From: Symbiobacterium sp.
GTDB taxonomy: Bacteria; Bacillota; Sulfobacillia; UBA995; UBA9673
Reading direction: 5' to 3'
NCBI GenBank assembly: GCA_020725405.1
Contig: DYFB01000077.1
Location: 1 to 62,211, forward strand
Length of the DNA stretch: 62,211 bases
Numbering within the stretch: the first letter of the stretch is position 1; each line of letters opens with the position of its first letter. A program made the position numbers and the translations under genes. A model generated the notes under the pieces. That model was given only the letters and a program-made list of their open reading frames with translations. It was not told where the DNA came from and did not search any database. Of the stretch, positions 28,000 through 38,542 are shown piece by piece.

Positions 28000-28902
28000 T
28001 CAGTTCAGCTTCTCAATCCTCGGCCGTATCTGAGCCCTCTCGATGAGGTCGTAGTAGTCCTTCTCGGTCAGCTCGTCGGGCCGTTTGCCCGAGATGGCGA
28101 CGAGGAGGGCCTCGATGACGTTGGTGGCGAACGAGCGCCCGCCGATCTCGGGCGTTGTGGTCACGAGGTAGGAGACGCCCTTCTCCTTGAGCCGGGATAC
28201 GTCCGAGGCCGTCACCGTGTTGGTCAGGATGACCTTGCCGTCCAGGCGCTCGGGGGCGTAGCGGTTGATGAAGTGGAAGTCTCCGGAGAGGATGTCGGCC
28301 CACTCGTAGACATCCCGGAACTTGCGCTTGGGTTTGCTCTGGCTCTCCCCGGTGGGGTAGAGGACGCTGATGGGAAGGTTGACGACTATGGGGGCGATGA
28401 CCGCCGCGAGAGCGTGCAGGGCCCTCACGGACCGAATCTTGATGGGCACTTCGAGGGCGAACATGAGGTCTCCGAAGAGCGGCTTCGCCCCGGCGGCCAT
28501 GAAGGCCTCCACGTGCGAGTAGCGGGCCGTGCCCGCGGTGATGAGGACGTTCCTGCCCCGGACGGGGATGCCGTGGACCGGCTCGAGCTCCAGAATCACC
28601 TTCTTCTCGAGGGTGTCCTTGACCCCGCCTCCGTCGACGATGGGGGTGACCTTAGGTATGGACGCTATCTTGAGGGCGTCCTTGAGCATCCACTTCTTCC
28701 GGCCGGCCCGGATGTAGAAATCTATCCCGCCCATGCCAAAGCAGGCGACCTTACCGTCAAGCTCCCGGAGCAGCTCCTTGGCCTTGTCGATGCTGCCGTC
28801 CGTCCCGACCCGTTCGATGAGGAACTTCTCACCGAGAAACTCCGCCTCGGCCTTGTGGTCCCGGGACGACGCCCCCAGGCTGATGCTCACTACTCGCTTC
28901 AC
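28000..28902 (-). CDS. conserved hypothetical protein (family often auto-labelled quinate 5-dehydrogenase; function unverified)
   Basis: KRVVSISLG.S.RD, IER.GTDG, GMGGID, VDGGGVK.TLE, GDLMFAL and GRSF.TNVIEA motifs. SD GGAGG, GTG 28902. Confidence 0.75.
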   Translation of the reverse strand: MKRVVSISLGASSRDHKAEAEFLGEKFLIERVGTDGSIDKAKELLRELDGKVACFGMGGIDFYIRAGRKKWMLKDALKIASIPKVTPIVDGGGVKDTLEKKVILELEPVHGIPVRGRNVLITAGTARYSHVEAFMAAGAKPLFGDLMFALEVPIKIRSVRALHALAAVIAPIVVNLPISVLYPTGESQSKPKRKFRDVYEWADILSGDFHFINRYAPERLDGKVILTNTVTASDVSRLKEKGVSYLVTTTPEIGGRSFATNVIEALLVAISGKRPDELTEKDYYDLIERAQIRPRIEKLN

Positions 28903-29006
28903 CGGCGGAACCTCCCCCTGAGCGCGGTCACCTTGACGGTGCCTCCCGGCGGGCGGCCGCCCGGCCGGCGCCCTGGTGAACAACTCTGTGCACACAGGGT
29001 TCCACG

Positions 29007-30464
29007 CTAGACGGAGACCTCCTTCCACCGGCCCCGCCGGAAGCGGGCGATGAGGTAGGCGGCCCGGACAAGCCAGTCCAGGGCCATGGCCAGCCAGGCC
29101 CCGAGGAGCCCCATCCGGAGAACGCTCACGAGCAGGAGGGAGGCGCCGAGCCTCACGACCCAGACCCCGAAGGCGGTGATGTGGAGGACGCTGCGGGTGT
29201 CCCCGGCGCCGCGGAGAGCGCCGCTGAGGACGAAGCCGAGGGCCTCGGGAAGCTGGATGCAGGCGACGACCCGGAGGGCCACCACGCCGAGGGTGATGAC
29301 CGCCGCGTCGCTCGTGTAGAGGCGGAGGAGGGCCGCCGGGAAGAGGAAGAAGACGAGGCCCATGAGGCCCATCACCCACAGGGCGAGACGCGCGCACTCC
29401 CAGCCGCTGCCCTCGGCCCGGTCGGGACGACCCGCCCCGAGGTTCTGGCCGACCAGGGTGGTGGCGGCTACGGAGAGGGCGATGCCGGGCATGTAGGAGA
29501 GGGACTCGATATTGAGGGCCAGGGAGTGGGCGGCGAAGGCCACCGTCCCCAGGGTGGCGACCACGCGAGCGTAGAAGAGCATTCCCAGGCTGTTGACGAC
29601 GCGCTCGAGCGCGGCCGGGACTCCGATGCGGACGATGCGGGTCATCACCCCGGGATCGACGCGGAAGAAGGTCCGGTTCCGCTCCCGGCCGCCGAACCCG
29701 AGGTCGATGACCGTCCGCCCGGACAAGACCATGACCGCCAGCACCAGGGTCCCGAGGGAGCGGGACACGGTGGCGGCGAGCCCCGCCCCGGCCACGCCCA
29801 TGGCCGGCAGGCCGAGGTGACCGTAAATCAGCCCCCAGGCGAGGGCGACGTTGAGAAAGTTCACCCCGGTGTTTATCCACATCGGGGTCCGGGTGTCGCC
29901 GGCTCCGCGCAGGGCGGCCGTGAGCACGGTGAAGACGGCCATAAGGCCGAGTCCGGGCATGAGGTAGCGGAGATAGACCGCCCCCAGCTCGACGACGTCC
30001 GGCTCGGCTCCCATGAAGGCGATGATGGGCCGGGCGAAGGGGATGGTCCCGGCGACGAACACGACGGCCAGGGCCGCGCCGAGAAGGAGCGACTGGTGGG
30101 CGACCCGGCTGGCCCCGGCCGGTTCGCCGGCCCCGGTGAAGCGGGCCACGAGGGCCGTGGTCCCCGCCCCGAGGCCCATGAAGAAACCCATCACGAGCCA
30201 CAGCGGCTGAAAGCTCAGGCCGACGGCGGTGATGGCCGCGGCGCCGAGGTGCCCCACCATGATCATCCCGACGATTTGGGTGACGGTGTGGAGAACATTC
30301 TCCAGGAACACCGGCCAGGCCAGGTGGAAGATGGCCCGCCGGACATCCATCCTGGCCGTGAGGGCCGCCGCGGCCGGCGACCGGGCCTCCTCGCCCGCGG
30401 GTGGAGGAGAGGGCCCGCCGGCGGGCGGGACGCCCTGGCTCGTGGACGGGATTGGTTGGCTCGT
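29007..30464 (-). CDS. MATE-family efflux transporter
   Basis: LAWPV..E, two LRGAGDT repeats, GV.GAGLAT and VGQNLGA motifs. Start uncertain: ACG 30464 after the SD, or ATG 30350. Confidence 0.93.
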   Translation of the reverse strand, partial: TSQPIPSTSQGVPPAGGPSPPPAGEEARSPAAAALTARMDVRRAIFHLAWPVFLENVLHTVTQIVGMIMVGHLGAAAITAVGLSFQPLWLVMGFFMGLGAGTTALVARFTGAGEPAGASRVAHQSLLLGAALAVVFVAGTIPFARPIIAFMGAEPDVVELGAVYLRYLMPGLGLMAVFTVLTAALRGAGDTRTPMWINTGVNFLNVALAWGLIYGHLGLPAMGVAGAGLAATVSRSLGTLVLAVMVLSGRTVIDLGFGGRERNRTFFRVDPGVMTRIVRIGVPAALERVVNSLGMLFYARVVATLGTVAFAAHSLALNIESLSYMPGIALSVAATTLVGQNLGAGRPDRAEGSGWECARLALWVMGLMGLVFFLFPAALLRLYTSDAAVITLGVVALRVVACIQLPEALGFVLSGALRGAGDTRSVLHITAFGVWVVRLGASLLLVSVLRMGLLGAWLAMALDWLVRAAYLIARFRRGRWKEVSV

Positions 30465-30562
30465 AAGGGAACCTCCTCGCTGGCCCGGCGTCCACGGGCG
30501 GCGGTGAGGCCTGGGCCTGCCCGGTGAGCTGAGTAGTTCGAGGCCGGAGAGGAAGGTTCCTT

Positions 30563-30619
30563 CGGGTCTCGAAAAGCTTACCGGGTCTCGGAAAGCTTGC
30601 CGAGTGTCGAAAAGCTGAC
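30563..30619. repeat. three 19-bp direct repeats in the divergent intergenic region
   Basis: CGGGTCTCGAAAAGCTTAC / CGGGTCTCGGAAAGCTTGC / CGAGTGTCGAAAAGCTGAC. Confidence 0.85.
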
Positions 30620-30805
30620 TCCGCGCCGGCCCGGAAGACCGAGCCGGGGTGGAACTTCGCCGGGCGTCAGGGGGTATTAGGGTAGCGTGGGCCCGGGGAA
30701 GGGGAAGAAGAGCGCCCCGCGGGCGTCCCGCTGGGGGAGCGCCCCGCAAGAAGAGCGCTGCGCCGGAAGAGAATTCCGCAAGAAGATCGTCTGGAGGAGA
30801 TAGCG

Positions 30806-31588
30806 GTGGCAGAGATCGTCAGAGTTGCCGGTCCGGTCTTCGCCGGTCCAAGCGCCGACGGCGGGGTCAACGCCGGCTTTGTCAGGACGAAACTTGGAGC
30901 CCTGGTCATCGACGCCTTTCTGACCCGCGAGGACGGCCGGGACCTCGCCGCGGTGGCCGAGTCCGAGGCCGGCCGCATCACGGCCACGGTCTACACCCAC
31001 GAGCACCTCGACCACGTCCTGGGGAGCACCGATTTCCCCGCCGGCGGGGTCATCGTCAGCTCGGGTACGGCCCGCGGCCTCCGCCGCGACCTGAAGCGCT
31101 ACGGTGAGGAGCTGGAACGGCAGGGGCTTCGGCCCAAGCTTCCGACCCTCATCTTCGACTGCCGAATCACTCTCCCGTGGGACCCGGAAGTCGTCGTCGT
31201 CGAGCTCGGCGGGCACGCCGAAGGCTCGACAGTTGTCCACGTGCCCGGGGAGCGGGTCCTCTTCGCTGGGGACCTCGTCTTCCGCGGACGCCCGCCCTTC
31301 GTCGGCTCGATGGGGCCGGAGAGATGGCTGGCCGCCCTCAGAACGCTCGAAGGCTGGGACGTCGAGACGGTCATCCCGGGGCACGGTGCGACCGGAGGCC
31401 GGAAGGTTCTCACCGAGCAGCGGGTCTGGTTGGAGGACTTCCTCGGCCGGGTGAGTGAGCTGAGATCGGCCGGAACGCCGCTTGAGAAGGCGACGACCAT
31501 CCTGGCCGGTGAGTTCGGCTTCGAGGGTCGCCGCGTTGAGGGGCTGCGCCTCGGGCTCCAGAGCCGCCTCGGGTTCGGCGCCGACTAG
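30806..31588 (+). CDS. MBL-fold metallo-hydrolase
   Basis: THEHLDHVLG, GGH, FAGDL and IPGHG motifs. Confidence 0.92.
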   Translation: MAEIVRVAGPVFAGPSADGGVNAGFVRTKLGALVIDAFLTREDGRDLAAVAESEAGRITATVYTHEHLDHVLGSTDFPAGGVIVSSGTARGLRRDLKRYGEELERQGLRPKLPTLIFDCRITLPWDPEVVVVELGGHAEGSTVVHVPGERVLFAGDLVFRGRPPFVGSMGPERWLAALRTLEGWDVETVIPGHGATGGRKVLTEQRVWLEDFLGRVSELRSAGTPLEKATTILAGEFGFEGRRVEGLRLGLQSRLGFGAD

Positions 31589-32535
31589 GGGCGACCCCTT
31601 CCCTTACCCTGCTCTCCCGGCTCGAGCAGGCTCTCTTCCAGGACGAAGGACGGACGCGGGCCGCGGGCGAGCGTGAAGTACTCCCGGCTGAGGACGGCGG
31701 CCGCCTCCGGACCCGTCGGCGCTCCCCGCTCGAAGTCGTAGAGCCCGCCGTAGGCCCGCTCGACGTTGTGTCGCTGGGTCCGGTGGGAGAGGAGGGCGGC
31801 CATCTTGGTCTCGAGGGTGGACGAGATGTCTATCGCCGCCTCGGGCTGCCCCGGGCTCACCGGGATCCGGACCGGCGCCGTCGCCGGGAGGCCCTGCTCC
31901 GCGGCAAGGCGTCCCCTCGGGGGGGACGCTCCGCCCTCGGGGCCGGGGCCTGGCCCCTCCTGCCGGGCGGCGGCCGTCCAGTCGTGGGGCCGATAGCGCC
32001 AGACGGCTGACGGGAGAGCCGCGTACCAGAGGCGGGGTTCTCGCCCTCCCGCCTCCCGGTCGGTTCGCCCGAGAACGCGATCGTAGGCCCGGAGGGTCAG
32101 GGCGTGGATGGCCACGTGGTCGGGGTGGCCGTAGATCCCGTCCGGACCGAAGGTGACCACGGCGTCAGGGCGGAAGCGGGCCATGATGCGGCCTATCCGC
32201 GCCACGGCCTCCCCCGCGTCGGCCTCCGCGAGAGCCCTGTCCGGATAACCGAGAAAAACGGGTCCCCGGGCTCCCATGATCCGGCAGGCGGCCCCGAGCT
32301 CGCGGGCCCGGACGCGTCCCAACTCCGACGGGGGACAGACCGGCACGGAGGGTTGGCTTCCCCGCTCGCCCCGTGTGGCCGAGACGACGAGGGCTTCCCC
32401 GCCTCCGGCGACGTGGCGGGCCACGGTGCCGGCGGTGAAGAACGACTCGTCGTCCGGGTGGGCGAAGACGAGGAGGAGGCGGCCGGGGTCCCGGGACCGC
32501 GGCCTAGCTCGGACGTCCCTCGACCGCAGCCTCAC
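31585..32535 (-). CDS. PIG-L/LmbE family deacetylase
   Basis: [21 protein letters not shown] and K..AL..HRTQ motifs. Confidence 0.9.
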   Translation of the reverse strand: MRLRSRDVRARPRSRDPGRLLLVFAHPDDESFFTAGTVARHVAGGGEALVVSATRGERGSQPSVPVCPPSELGRVRARELGAACRIMGARGPVFLGYPDRALAEADAGEAVARIGRIMARFRPDAVVTFGPDGIYGHPDHVAIHALTLRAYDRVLGRTDREAGGREPRLWYAALPSAVWRYRPHDWTAAARQEGPGPGPEGGASPPRGRLAAEQGLPATAPVRIPVSPGQPEAAIDISSTLETKMAALLSHRTQRHNVERAYGGLYDFERGAPTGPEAAAVLSREYFTLARGPRPSFVLEESLLEPGEQGKGRGRP

Positions 32536-33806
32536 TCCGACGCCCCGCCGAGCCCCGGATAGAGGGGGAAGGCCCGGCAGAGCTCGGCGACCTTCGCCCT
32601 GGTCCGGGTAGTCACAGTCTCACTCTCGGGGTCCAGGAGCACGTCGGCGATGAGGTTGCCGATGACGGTCATCTCGCGCTCGCCCATACCTCGGGTGGTG
32701 ACGGCCGGCGTGCCGATGCGGATGCCGCTCGCCACCTTCGGCGGCTTGGCGTCGAAGGGGATGGTGTTGAGGTTGACGGTGATGTTCACCCCGGCCAGGA
32801 TGTCCTCGGCCAACGCTCCGGTGAGGCCACGCCCGGCGAGACGGCCGGCGGTGACGTCGATGAGCAGGAGGTGGTTGTCGGTCCCGCCCGAGACAAGACG
32901 CAGGCCGCGCTCGGTCAGGACCGCGGCCAGGCGGGCGGCGTTGAGCTTCACCCGGCGCTGGTACTGGCGGAACTCCTCCGTGGCGGCCTCCCGGAAGGCC
33001 ACGGCTTTGGCGGCGATGACGTGCATGAGAGGGCCGCCCTGGAGGCCGGGGAAGACGGCCTGGTCGATGGCTTTGGCGAACTTGGCCCGGCAGAGGATGG
33101 CCCCGCCCCGCGGCCCTCGGAGGGTCTTGTGGGTCGTGGTGGTGACGAAGTCGGCGTGCGGAACGGGGTTGGGGTGCTCCTTCGCGGCCACGAGACCCGC
33201 GATGTGGGCCATATCGACCATGAACAGGGCCCCGTGAGCCTCGGCGATGTCCCCGAGGCGGGCGAAATCGATGTAGCGGGGGTAGGCGCTCGCCCCGGCG
33301 ACGATGAGCTTCGGTTTGAACCGGCGGGCCAGGGCCTCGACGGCCTCGTAGTCGAGGAGCTCGCTCTGGCGGGCGACCCCGTAGGGGATGAAGTTGAAGT
33401 AGCGGCCGGAGATGTTGAGCGGGTGGCCGTGGGTCAGGTGCCCGCCGTGGGTGAGGTCCATGCCGAGGACGGTGTCCCCGGGATTGAGGACCGCGAGATA
33501 GACGGCCGTGTTGGCCGGAGCCCCGGCATGAGGCTGGACGTTGGCGTGCTCGGCCCCGAAGAGCTGCCTCAGCCGCTCGATGGCCAGCTCCTCGACCACG
33601 TCGACGAACTCGCAGCCGCCGTAGTAACGCCGGCCGGGGAGACCCTCGGCGTACTTGTTGGTCAGCACCGAGCCCTGGGCCTCCAGGACGGCGCGGCTGG
33701 TGAAGTTCTCCGAGGCGATCAGCTCGAGGTTGTCCCGCTGGCGGGCGAGCTCGGACTGGATGGCCCGGTGGATCTCCGGGTCGACCTTAGCCAGCTCGTG
33801 GGTCAA
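32532..33806 (-). CDS. glyA: serine hydroxymethyltransferase
   Basis: [35 protein letters not shown] and GGTDNHL motifs. Confidence 0.97.
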   Translation of the reverse strand: MTHELAKVDPEIHRAIQSELARQRDNLELIASENFTSRAVLEAQGSVLTNKYAEGLPGRRYYGGCEFVDVVEELAIERLRQLFGAEHANVQPHAGAPANTAVYLAVLNPGDTVLGMDLTHGGHLTHGHPLNISGRYFNFIPYGVARQSELLDYEAVEALARRFKPKLIVAGASAYPRYIDFARLGDIAEAHGALFMVDMAHIAGLVAAKEHPNPVPHADFVTTTTHKTLRGPRGGAILCRAKFAKAIDQAVFPGLQGGPLMHVIAAKAVAFREAATEEFRQYQRRVKLNAARLAAVLTERGLRLVSGGTDNHLLLIDVTAGRLAGRGLTGALAEDILAGVNITVNLNTIPFDAKPPKVASGIRIGTPAVTTRGMGEREMTVIGNLIADVLLDPESETVTTRTRAKVAELCRAFPLYPGLGGASE

Positions 33807-33820
33807 GAGAGTCTCTCCCT

Positions 33821-35395
33821 TCAGGTATCCTGGTTTGGGCCCCAGCGGTAGACCAGGGCCGCGGGGTCGAGGTCCCGACCGGTGAGCCCGGCCAGCTTCT
33901 CTCGCCAGGTCCGGGACGCTCCGGGTCGCCAGTACTCGGCGACCAGGGTCCTGAAGACCTCTGGGTTGCCGAGGACGGCGCCGTCGAAACGCTCTCTCAG
34001 GGCCCGGTGGGTCGCGGCCGCGATGAGGTCGGCCAGGACGTAGTTCTGCCAGTAGACCGGGTACCCGGCCGGGAAGGGCCCACCGGCCCAGCGGTGGACC
34101 GGGCGCGGCTGGCAGAGGAGGTAGCGGGCCTCGCGGGCGGCGTGGAGGTTGGTCAGGTCCTGCCGAGGGTTCTCGTAGGCCCGGTACTCCCAGGTGACGT
34201 TGGCCGCCAGGGTCCGGTGGCCGGCCATCATCTGCACGCTGTGGGCCCGGGTGACCCGCTGGACGAGGTCATCGTCAAGGCCGAACCCGCGGAGCCACTC
34301 GGGGTCGAAGGTGAACCAGCCCCAGAGCTCGGCCATCCCCTCGCAGAACACGCCGGGCTCGTCCTGCAGGATCTGCGAGTTCTCCCCGGCGTAAACGGCG
34401 TGGAGGCAGTGGCCGTACTCGTGGAAGAGGACGTGATAGTAGTTGTGCCCGTCCTGGGGATTGGTCAGGACGCGGACGTCGGACGGCGGGTCGATGGGGA
34501 CGCAAAGGCCGCCGTAGGGAATGTCGTGGAAAACGATGCGGATGCCGAGCTCCCGCGGGTCGCGTCCGAAGGAGCTGACGAAGTCCTCGAGGACCGGAAC
34601 GATGCGGTCCTTGGGGAAGGGAGCTGTGGGAACGGCTGTCGCCTTCTCGACGAGATAGCCGAGGTCCCACGGCTCGACCGACTCAAGACCGGCGGCTCCG
34701 GCGGCCTCGGCCAGGAAGGCCCGGTAGGGGGCTGCCGAGGCTTCCTCGGTATGGTTGATGATGGAGATGACCTCGGGCCGGCTGAGGGAGGCGAGGCTGA
34801 GAGAGAGGTCGACGTAATCGGCGTACCCGGCCCGGCGGGCCAGGTCGTTCCGGCGCTCGATGAGTTCGACCGTATCGCCGGCCACCTCCATGGAGAGCGG
34901 GGCGATGGACACCCAGGCCTCGCGGCGCAGGGCGCGGTCGGTCTCCTGGCGGAGGATGCGGTTCCGCTCGGAGTGGCTGACCTCGCGCCCGAAGACCACG
35001 GGGCGGAAGGCGACGATGCGGTCCATTATCCGGTTCTGCAGGGTGTAGATCTCCGGGACCGAGTTCACCTGGGCCAGGGCCATCGAATCCCACAGCACCC
35101 GGAGCTTCCGGGCCGTGAGGGGGTCGGGGGCCCGGTCGAGCCAATCCCGCACCAGGGTACGGTAGGAGGGATCGAGGAGAATCTCGGACCGCTCTCTCTC
35201 GAGCTCGTTGAGCTCGGTCCCCGCGCCTCCGGTGTACTTCGCCCACCAGCAGAGAGCGATCCGGACCGAGAGGTCGTGCAGGACGTCCTCGAGGCGCCCC
35301 AGGAACTCGACGAGGGACGCGGCGTGGGTGACCCGGGGGGCTTCGGGCCGCGCAGGCCGCGTTCCCTGCGCGCTTACGTCGGGGTTCGTGGTTAT
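33821..35395 (-). CDS. M3/M2-type zinc metallopeptidase (gluzincin)
   Basis: LFHEYGH and downstream EG.AE; RN.LAR..GY.DY. The frame is open to 35395, but the first canonical start is 35152. Confidence 0.85.
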   Translation of the reverse strand: MTTNPDVSAQGTRPARPEAPRVTHAASLVEFLGRLEDVLHDLSVRIALCWWAKYTGGAGTELNELERERSEILLDPSYRTLVRDWLDRAPDPLTARKLRVLWDSMALAQVNSVPEIYTLQNRIMDRIVAFRPVVFGREVSHSERNRILRQETDRALRREAWVSIAPLSMEVAGDTVELIERRNDLARRAGYADYVDLSLSLASLSRPEVISIINHTEEASAAPYRAFLAEAAGAAGLESVEPWDLGYLVEKATAVPTAPFPKDRIVPVLEDFVSSFGRDPRELGIRIVFHDIPYGGLCVPIDPPSDVRVLTNPQDGHNYYHVLFHEYGHCLHAVYAGENSQILQDEPGVFCEGMAELWGWFTFDPEWLRGFGLDDDLVQRVTRAHSVQMMAGHRTLAANVTWEYRAYENPRQDLTNLHAAREARYLLCQPRPVHRWAGGPFPAGYPVYWQNYVLADLIAAATHRALRERFDGAVLGNPEVFRTLVAEYWRPGASRTWREKLAGLTGRDLDPAALVYRWGPNQDT

Positions 35396-35480
35396 CTACC
35401 TCCAGGGGGCCAGCGAGCCGGCGGCTGCTCGGCGCAGCTTCTGCGAGCAGCGCAGAAGCACCCGGTCCGGCGGCCGCGCT

Positions 35481-35726
35481 TCACTCTCCGAGCTCCGACC
35501 TGAGCCAGGTCTTTATCTCGTCCTCGGACGGAAGCCGTCCCTGGCTGTAGAGCTTGCCGTTGATGACCAGACCTGGGGTCGCCATGACGCCGGCGTCGGT
35601 GATCTCCTCGAGGGAGCTTATCTTCCGGACATCGGCCGCCACGTCGAGGGAGGCGAGGGCGTTGAAAACCCTCTGCTCCAGAGTGCTGCACCGGGCGCAG
35701 CCTGGACCGTAGACTCGGATCTCCAC
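35481..35726 (-). CDS. small thioredoxin-like redox-active disulfide protein
   Basis: GPGCARC, GVMATPGLVING motifs; SD GGAGG. Confidence 0.92.
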   Translation of the reverse strand: MEIRVYGPGCARCSTLEQRVFNALASLDVAADVRKISSLEEITDAGVMATPGLVINGKLYSQGRLPSEDEIKTWLRSELGE

Positions 35727-35848
35727 TCTGCCGCCTCCTCCGGGTTCGCCTTACCAGCGACATGGTTTCACGCCCAGCATTGTTCACCACAACCGGCCCT
35801 CAACCCTCTTGCCCTGCCAGGTTTCGGCCGGGGTCCGGTCGGCGCCCG

Positions 35849-35929
35849 CGCCGGGCGTGTCGGGCGCGCCGGACGTGTCGGGCGCTCCGGGTGCGCCGGG
35901 TGCGCCGGGTGCGCCGGGCGCTCCGGGCA
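35849..35929. repeat. 9-bp-period intergenic tandem repeat
   Basis: GCCGGGTGC-like units just downstream of the aminotransferase stop. Confidence 0.75.
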
Positions 35930-35934
35930 AGGAC

Positions 35935-37143
35935 CTACCCCGCGGCTCCGGCGGCCGCGGCGTACACGGCCTCGGCGGCGGCGAGGGCGGCGCCCGGCTC
36001 GACCCTCCGGCCCTGCCGGTTGAGGGCGGCCTCCAGGGCGGCGAGGACCAGGAGGACGTTCTCCCGCCGTGACGAGTGGCCGAGGAGACCGATGCGCCAG
36101 ATCCTGCCCCGGGTCGGACCGAGTCCTCCCCCTATCTCCACGTTGGCTCGGGCCAGGAGCTCGCGCCGGACTGTGAGGTCATCCACCCCCTCGGGGACCT
36201 TAACCGAGAGGAGCATCGGGATACGGTAGCCCTCCCGGGCGAACGGCTCGAGGCCCATGGCCGCGACTCCAGCCAGGAGGGCCCGGCCGTTCAGGCGGTG
36301 CCGGGCGAAGCGAGCCTCCAGCCCCTCCTCGAGAACGAGGCGGAGGGCCTCGTAGAGGGCGTAGATCATGTTGACCGGGGCGGTGTGGTGGTAGAAGCGC
36401 TCGGCGCCCCAGTAGGAGATGACCATGGGGAGGTCGAGGTACCAGCTCCGGACCTTGGTCTTCCGCCCGAGGAGGACCTCGACGGCCCGGTCCCCGGCTG
36501 TAAGGGGCGCGAGACCCGGCGGGCAGGAGAGGCACTTCTGGGCCCCGCTGTAGACGACGTCGAGCCCCCACTCGTCGACCTTGACCTCTGTCCCGCCGAG
36601 GCTGGTCACGGCGTCGACGATGAAGAGGGCTTCGTGCTCCCGGCAAAGGCGAGCCAGAGGTTCGAGCGGCTGGAGGACGCCGGTCGACGTCTCGGCGTGG
36701 ACCGCGGCCACGGCCCGCACCCCCGGGTTGGCCGCCAGGGCCCGGGCGACGTCGTCGGGGTCCAGGGGCTCCCCCCAAGGGGCCTCGATCCGGACCGGGC
36801 GCCCGCCGGCCCGCTCGACGATGTCGGCCATCCTCTCCCCGAAGAGCCCGTTCACCCCCACGATGACCGTGTCGCCTGGCTCGATGAAGTTCACCAGGGC
36901 GGCCTCCATCCCGGCGCTCCCCGTGCCGGAGACAGCCATGGCCAGGCGGTTCCGGGTCTCGAAGACCCGGCGGAGAAGGGCGGCGGTACCGTTCATCACC
37001 TCGAGGAAGGCCGGGTCGAGGTGCCCGACGCAGGGGAGGGAGAGGGCCCGGAGCACCCGGGGGTGGACGTTGCTCGGTCCCGGACCGAGGAGGGTCCGCT
37101 GGGGCAGGTCGAGTCCGGGGACCGGTTCGCCCGCAGTGGTCAC
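35935..37143 (-). CDS. alanine-glyoxylate/serine-pyruvate aminotransferase (class V)
   Basis: LLGPGPSNV, GTGSAGMEA, HAETSTG, VDAVTSLGG, SGAQKCL and YHHT motifs. Confidence 0.93.
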   Translation of the reverse strand: MTTAGEPVPGLDLPQRTLLGPGPSNVHPRVLRALSLPCVGHLDPAFLEVMNGTAALLRRVFETRNRLAMAVSGTGSAGMEAALVNFIEPGDTVIVGVNGLFGERMADIVERAGGRPVRIEAPWGEPLDPDDVARALAANPGVRAVAAVHAETSTGVLQPLEPLARLCREHEALFIVDAVTSLGGTEVKVDEWGLDVVYSGAQKCLSCPPGLAPLTAGDRAVEVLLGRKTKVRSWYLDLPMVISYWGAERFYHHTAPVNMIYALYEALRLVLEEGLEARFARHRLNGRALLAGVAAMGLEPFAREGYRIPMLLSVKVPEGVDDLTVRRELLARANVEIGGGLGPTRGRIWRIGLLGHSSRRENVLLVLAALEAALNRQGRRVEPGAALAAAEAVYAAAAGAAG

Positions 37144-37382
37144 GACTGGCTCACCTCACGGGGACGCGGGTTCCCGACCCGGGTCATCACCGGTGGGAGG
37201 GTCGCGTCGTCGGGATGGTCTCTTCGGCCGGGCCGCGGCCGCTTCCTTCTCCGGCTCCCGGTGGCCGGGCCGGGCTGGACCTGGGTCCGAGCCCGCCCCG
37301 TCCGGAGGTTCAGGACCACGCTTTCCCCGCCGGGCCGGTGTTCTCTTCCCTCAGGTACGATGGAGACGAGCGGCCCCCGTGT

Positions 37383-37501
37383 TAGGCTCTAGGCGCTAGG
37401 CTCTAGGCGCTAGGCGCACGGCGCTCGGCGCATGGCGCATGGTGCTCGGCGCTAGGCGCATGGTGCTCGGCGCATGGCGTACGGCGCTCGGCGCATGGCA
37501 C
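37383..37501. repeat. 17 x 7-bp heptamer array (NNGGYKC-like)
   Basis: TAGGCTC, TAGGCGC, ACGGCGC, TCGGCGC, ATGGCGC and ATGGTGC units in exact 7-bp register. Confidence 0.95.
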
Positions 37502-37527
37502 CCCGCGCGCGTCATCCGGCGAGTCCG

Positions 37528-38421
37528 TCAGCCCCTGGTCTCGGCCCGGGGCATGGGCGTCCCCTCGGCGTCGTAGAGGACGACATCCGCCCGGCCACGC
37601 GGGGCCTCGACCTCGAGCCGATCCCCGGGAAGGATGAGGCTACCGGCCGGGAGTTCGCGCCAGAGGCCGGAGCCGGGGGAGAAGAAGGACCATCCGGTCA
37701 GGCTGACGGCGTGCCCGGAGCGGTTGAGGAGAACGGCCGTCCCGCTCTCGGGATCGAGAGACTCGAGGACCACGTCTCCGGCCCCGACGACCACCAGGGG
37801 CGGCCCGGTTCCGGGGTTGCGGTCGGCCGCGCTCCTGGCCATGACGGCCGCGGCCTCCGGGGAGAGGTCGGGCTGGTAGGTTATCTCCCACTCCTCTCCG
37901 GCCGGTCGGTCGGGAGGAGCGGCCTTAGGGCCGGAAGGCGCGGCCGGAGGGCCGGAGGCGTCCGGACCCGCCCCGGACCCCGGCGTGGCTCCGCCCAGCG
38001 GTCCGGTCCCTGCGGCGGCTGGCGGGCCGGCACCTGCGGCGTCCGGCGGGCCGGCACCTGCGGCGTCCGGCGGCTCGGGGGGCGCTCCGGCTCCCGGCGC
38101 GTCACGAGAAGAGCCTCCCGGCTCGCCTGGAGGAGCCTGAGGACCGGCGGGAACGGGAACCTGTCCGCCGGGCGAAGGCAGGAGGGCGTCGGCCGCGGCC
38201 CCGACCAGGGCCAAGGCCAGGGCGACCGTGGCCAGAAGCAGTCCGGAAGGCTTCCGGGCGGGATCCCGCCGCCGGGCCGGCCGGCCGGCCGGGACCCGTC
38301 GCCGGGCCAGCGTGAGCCAGAGCAGAGCGGCGGCAGTCGCGCCCAGGAGGAGCCACTGACCTGCGGCGGGAGTGTCCTGGAGCGCCGGAACCAGGTCTCG
38401 CGTCGCCGATAGCACTGACAC
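37528..38421 (-). CDS. membrane-anchored protein with C-terminal lamin-tail-like domain
   Basis: SD GGAGGTG and GTG 38421; two TMs, Pro/Ala/Gly linker, L.N.SG.AVSLTGW..LP.G.L.PG motif. Confidence 0.6.
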   Translation of the reverse strand: MSVLSATRDLVPALQDTPAAGQWLLLGATAAALLWLTLARRRVPAGRPARRRDPARKPSGLLLATVALALALVGAAADALLPSPGGQVPVPAGPQAPPGEPGGSSRDAPGAGAPPEPPDAAGAGPPDAAGAGPPAAAGTGPLGGATPGSGAGPDASGPPAAPSGPKAAPPDRPAGEEWEITYQPDLSPEAAAVMARSAADRNPGTGPPLVVVGAGDVVLESLDPESGTAVLLNRSGHAVSLTGWSFFSPGSGLWRELPAGSLILPGDRLEVEAPRGRADVVLYDAEGTPMPRAETRG

Positions 38422-38542
38422 GCAGGGACACCTCCGGGTATGTTCCCGGTAGTATCCCCGGCGCGGCCGCGGGTGAACCACCCGTCCCGACCGCCCGTAG
38501 GGCGCCGAACCACTACCGAACACTGACGAGAGAAGGCCTGAC

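Noticed and set aside
28903-30495. 831-aa fusion ORF
   Set aside because: An Arg/Pro/Gly-rich alternative frame of the MATE gene; the real gene starts at 28902.
37144-37380. Glycine or other known riboswitch upstream of the aminotransferase (also checked upstream of kbl)
   Set aside because: Hairpins are present but I found no conserved aptamer motifs.
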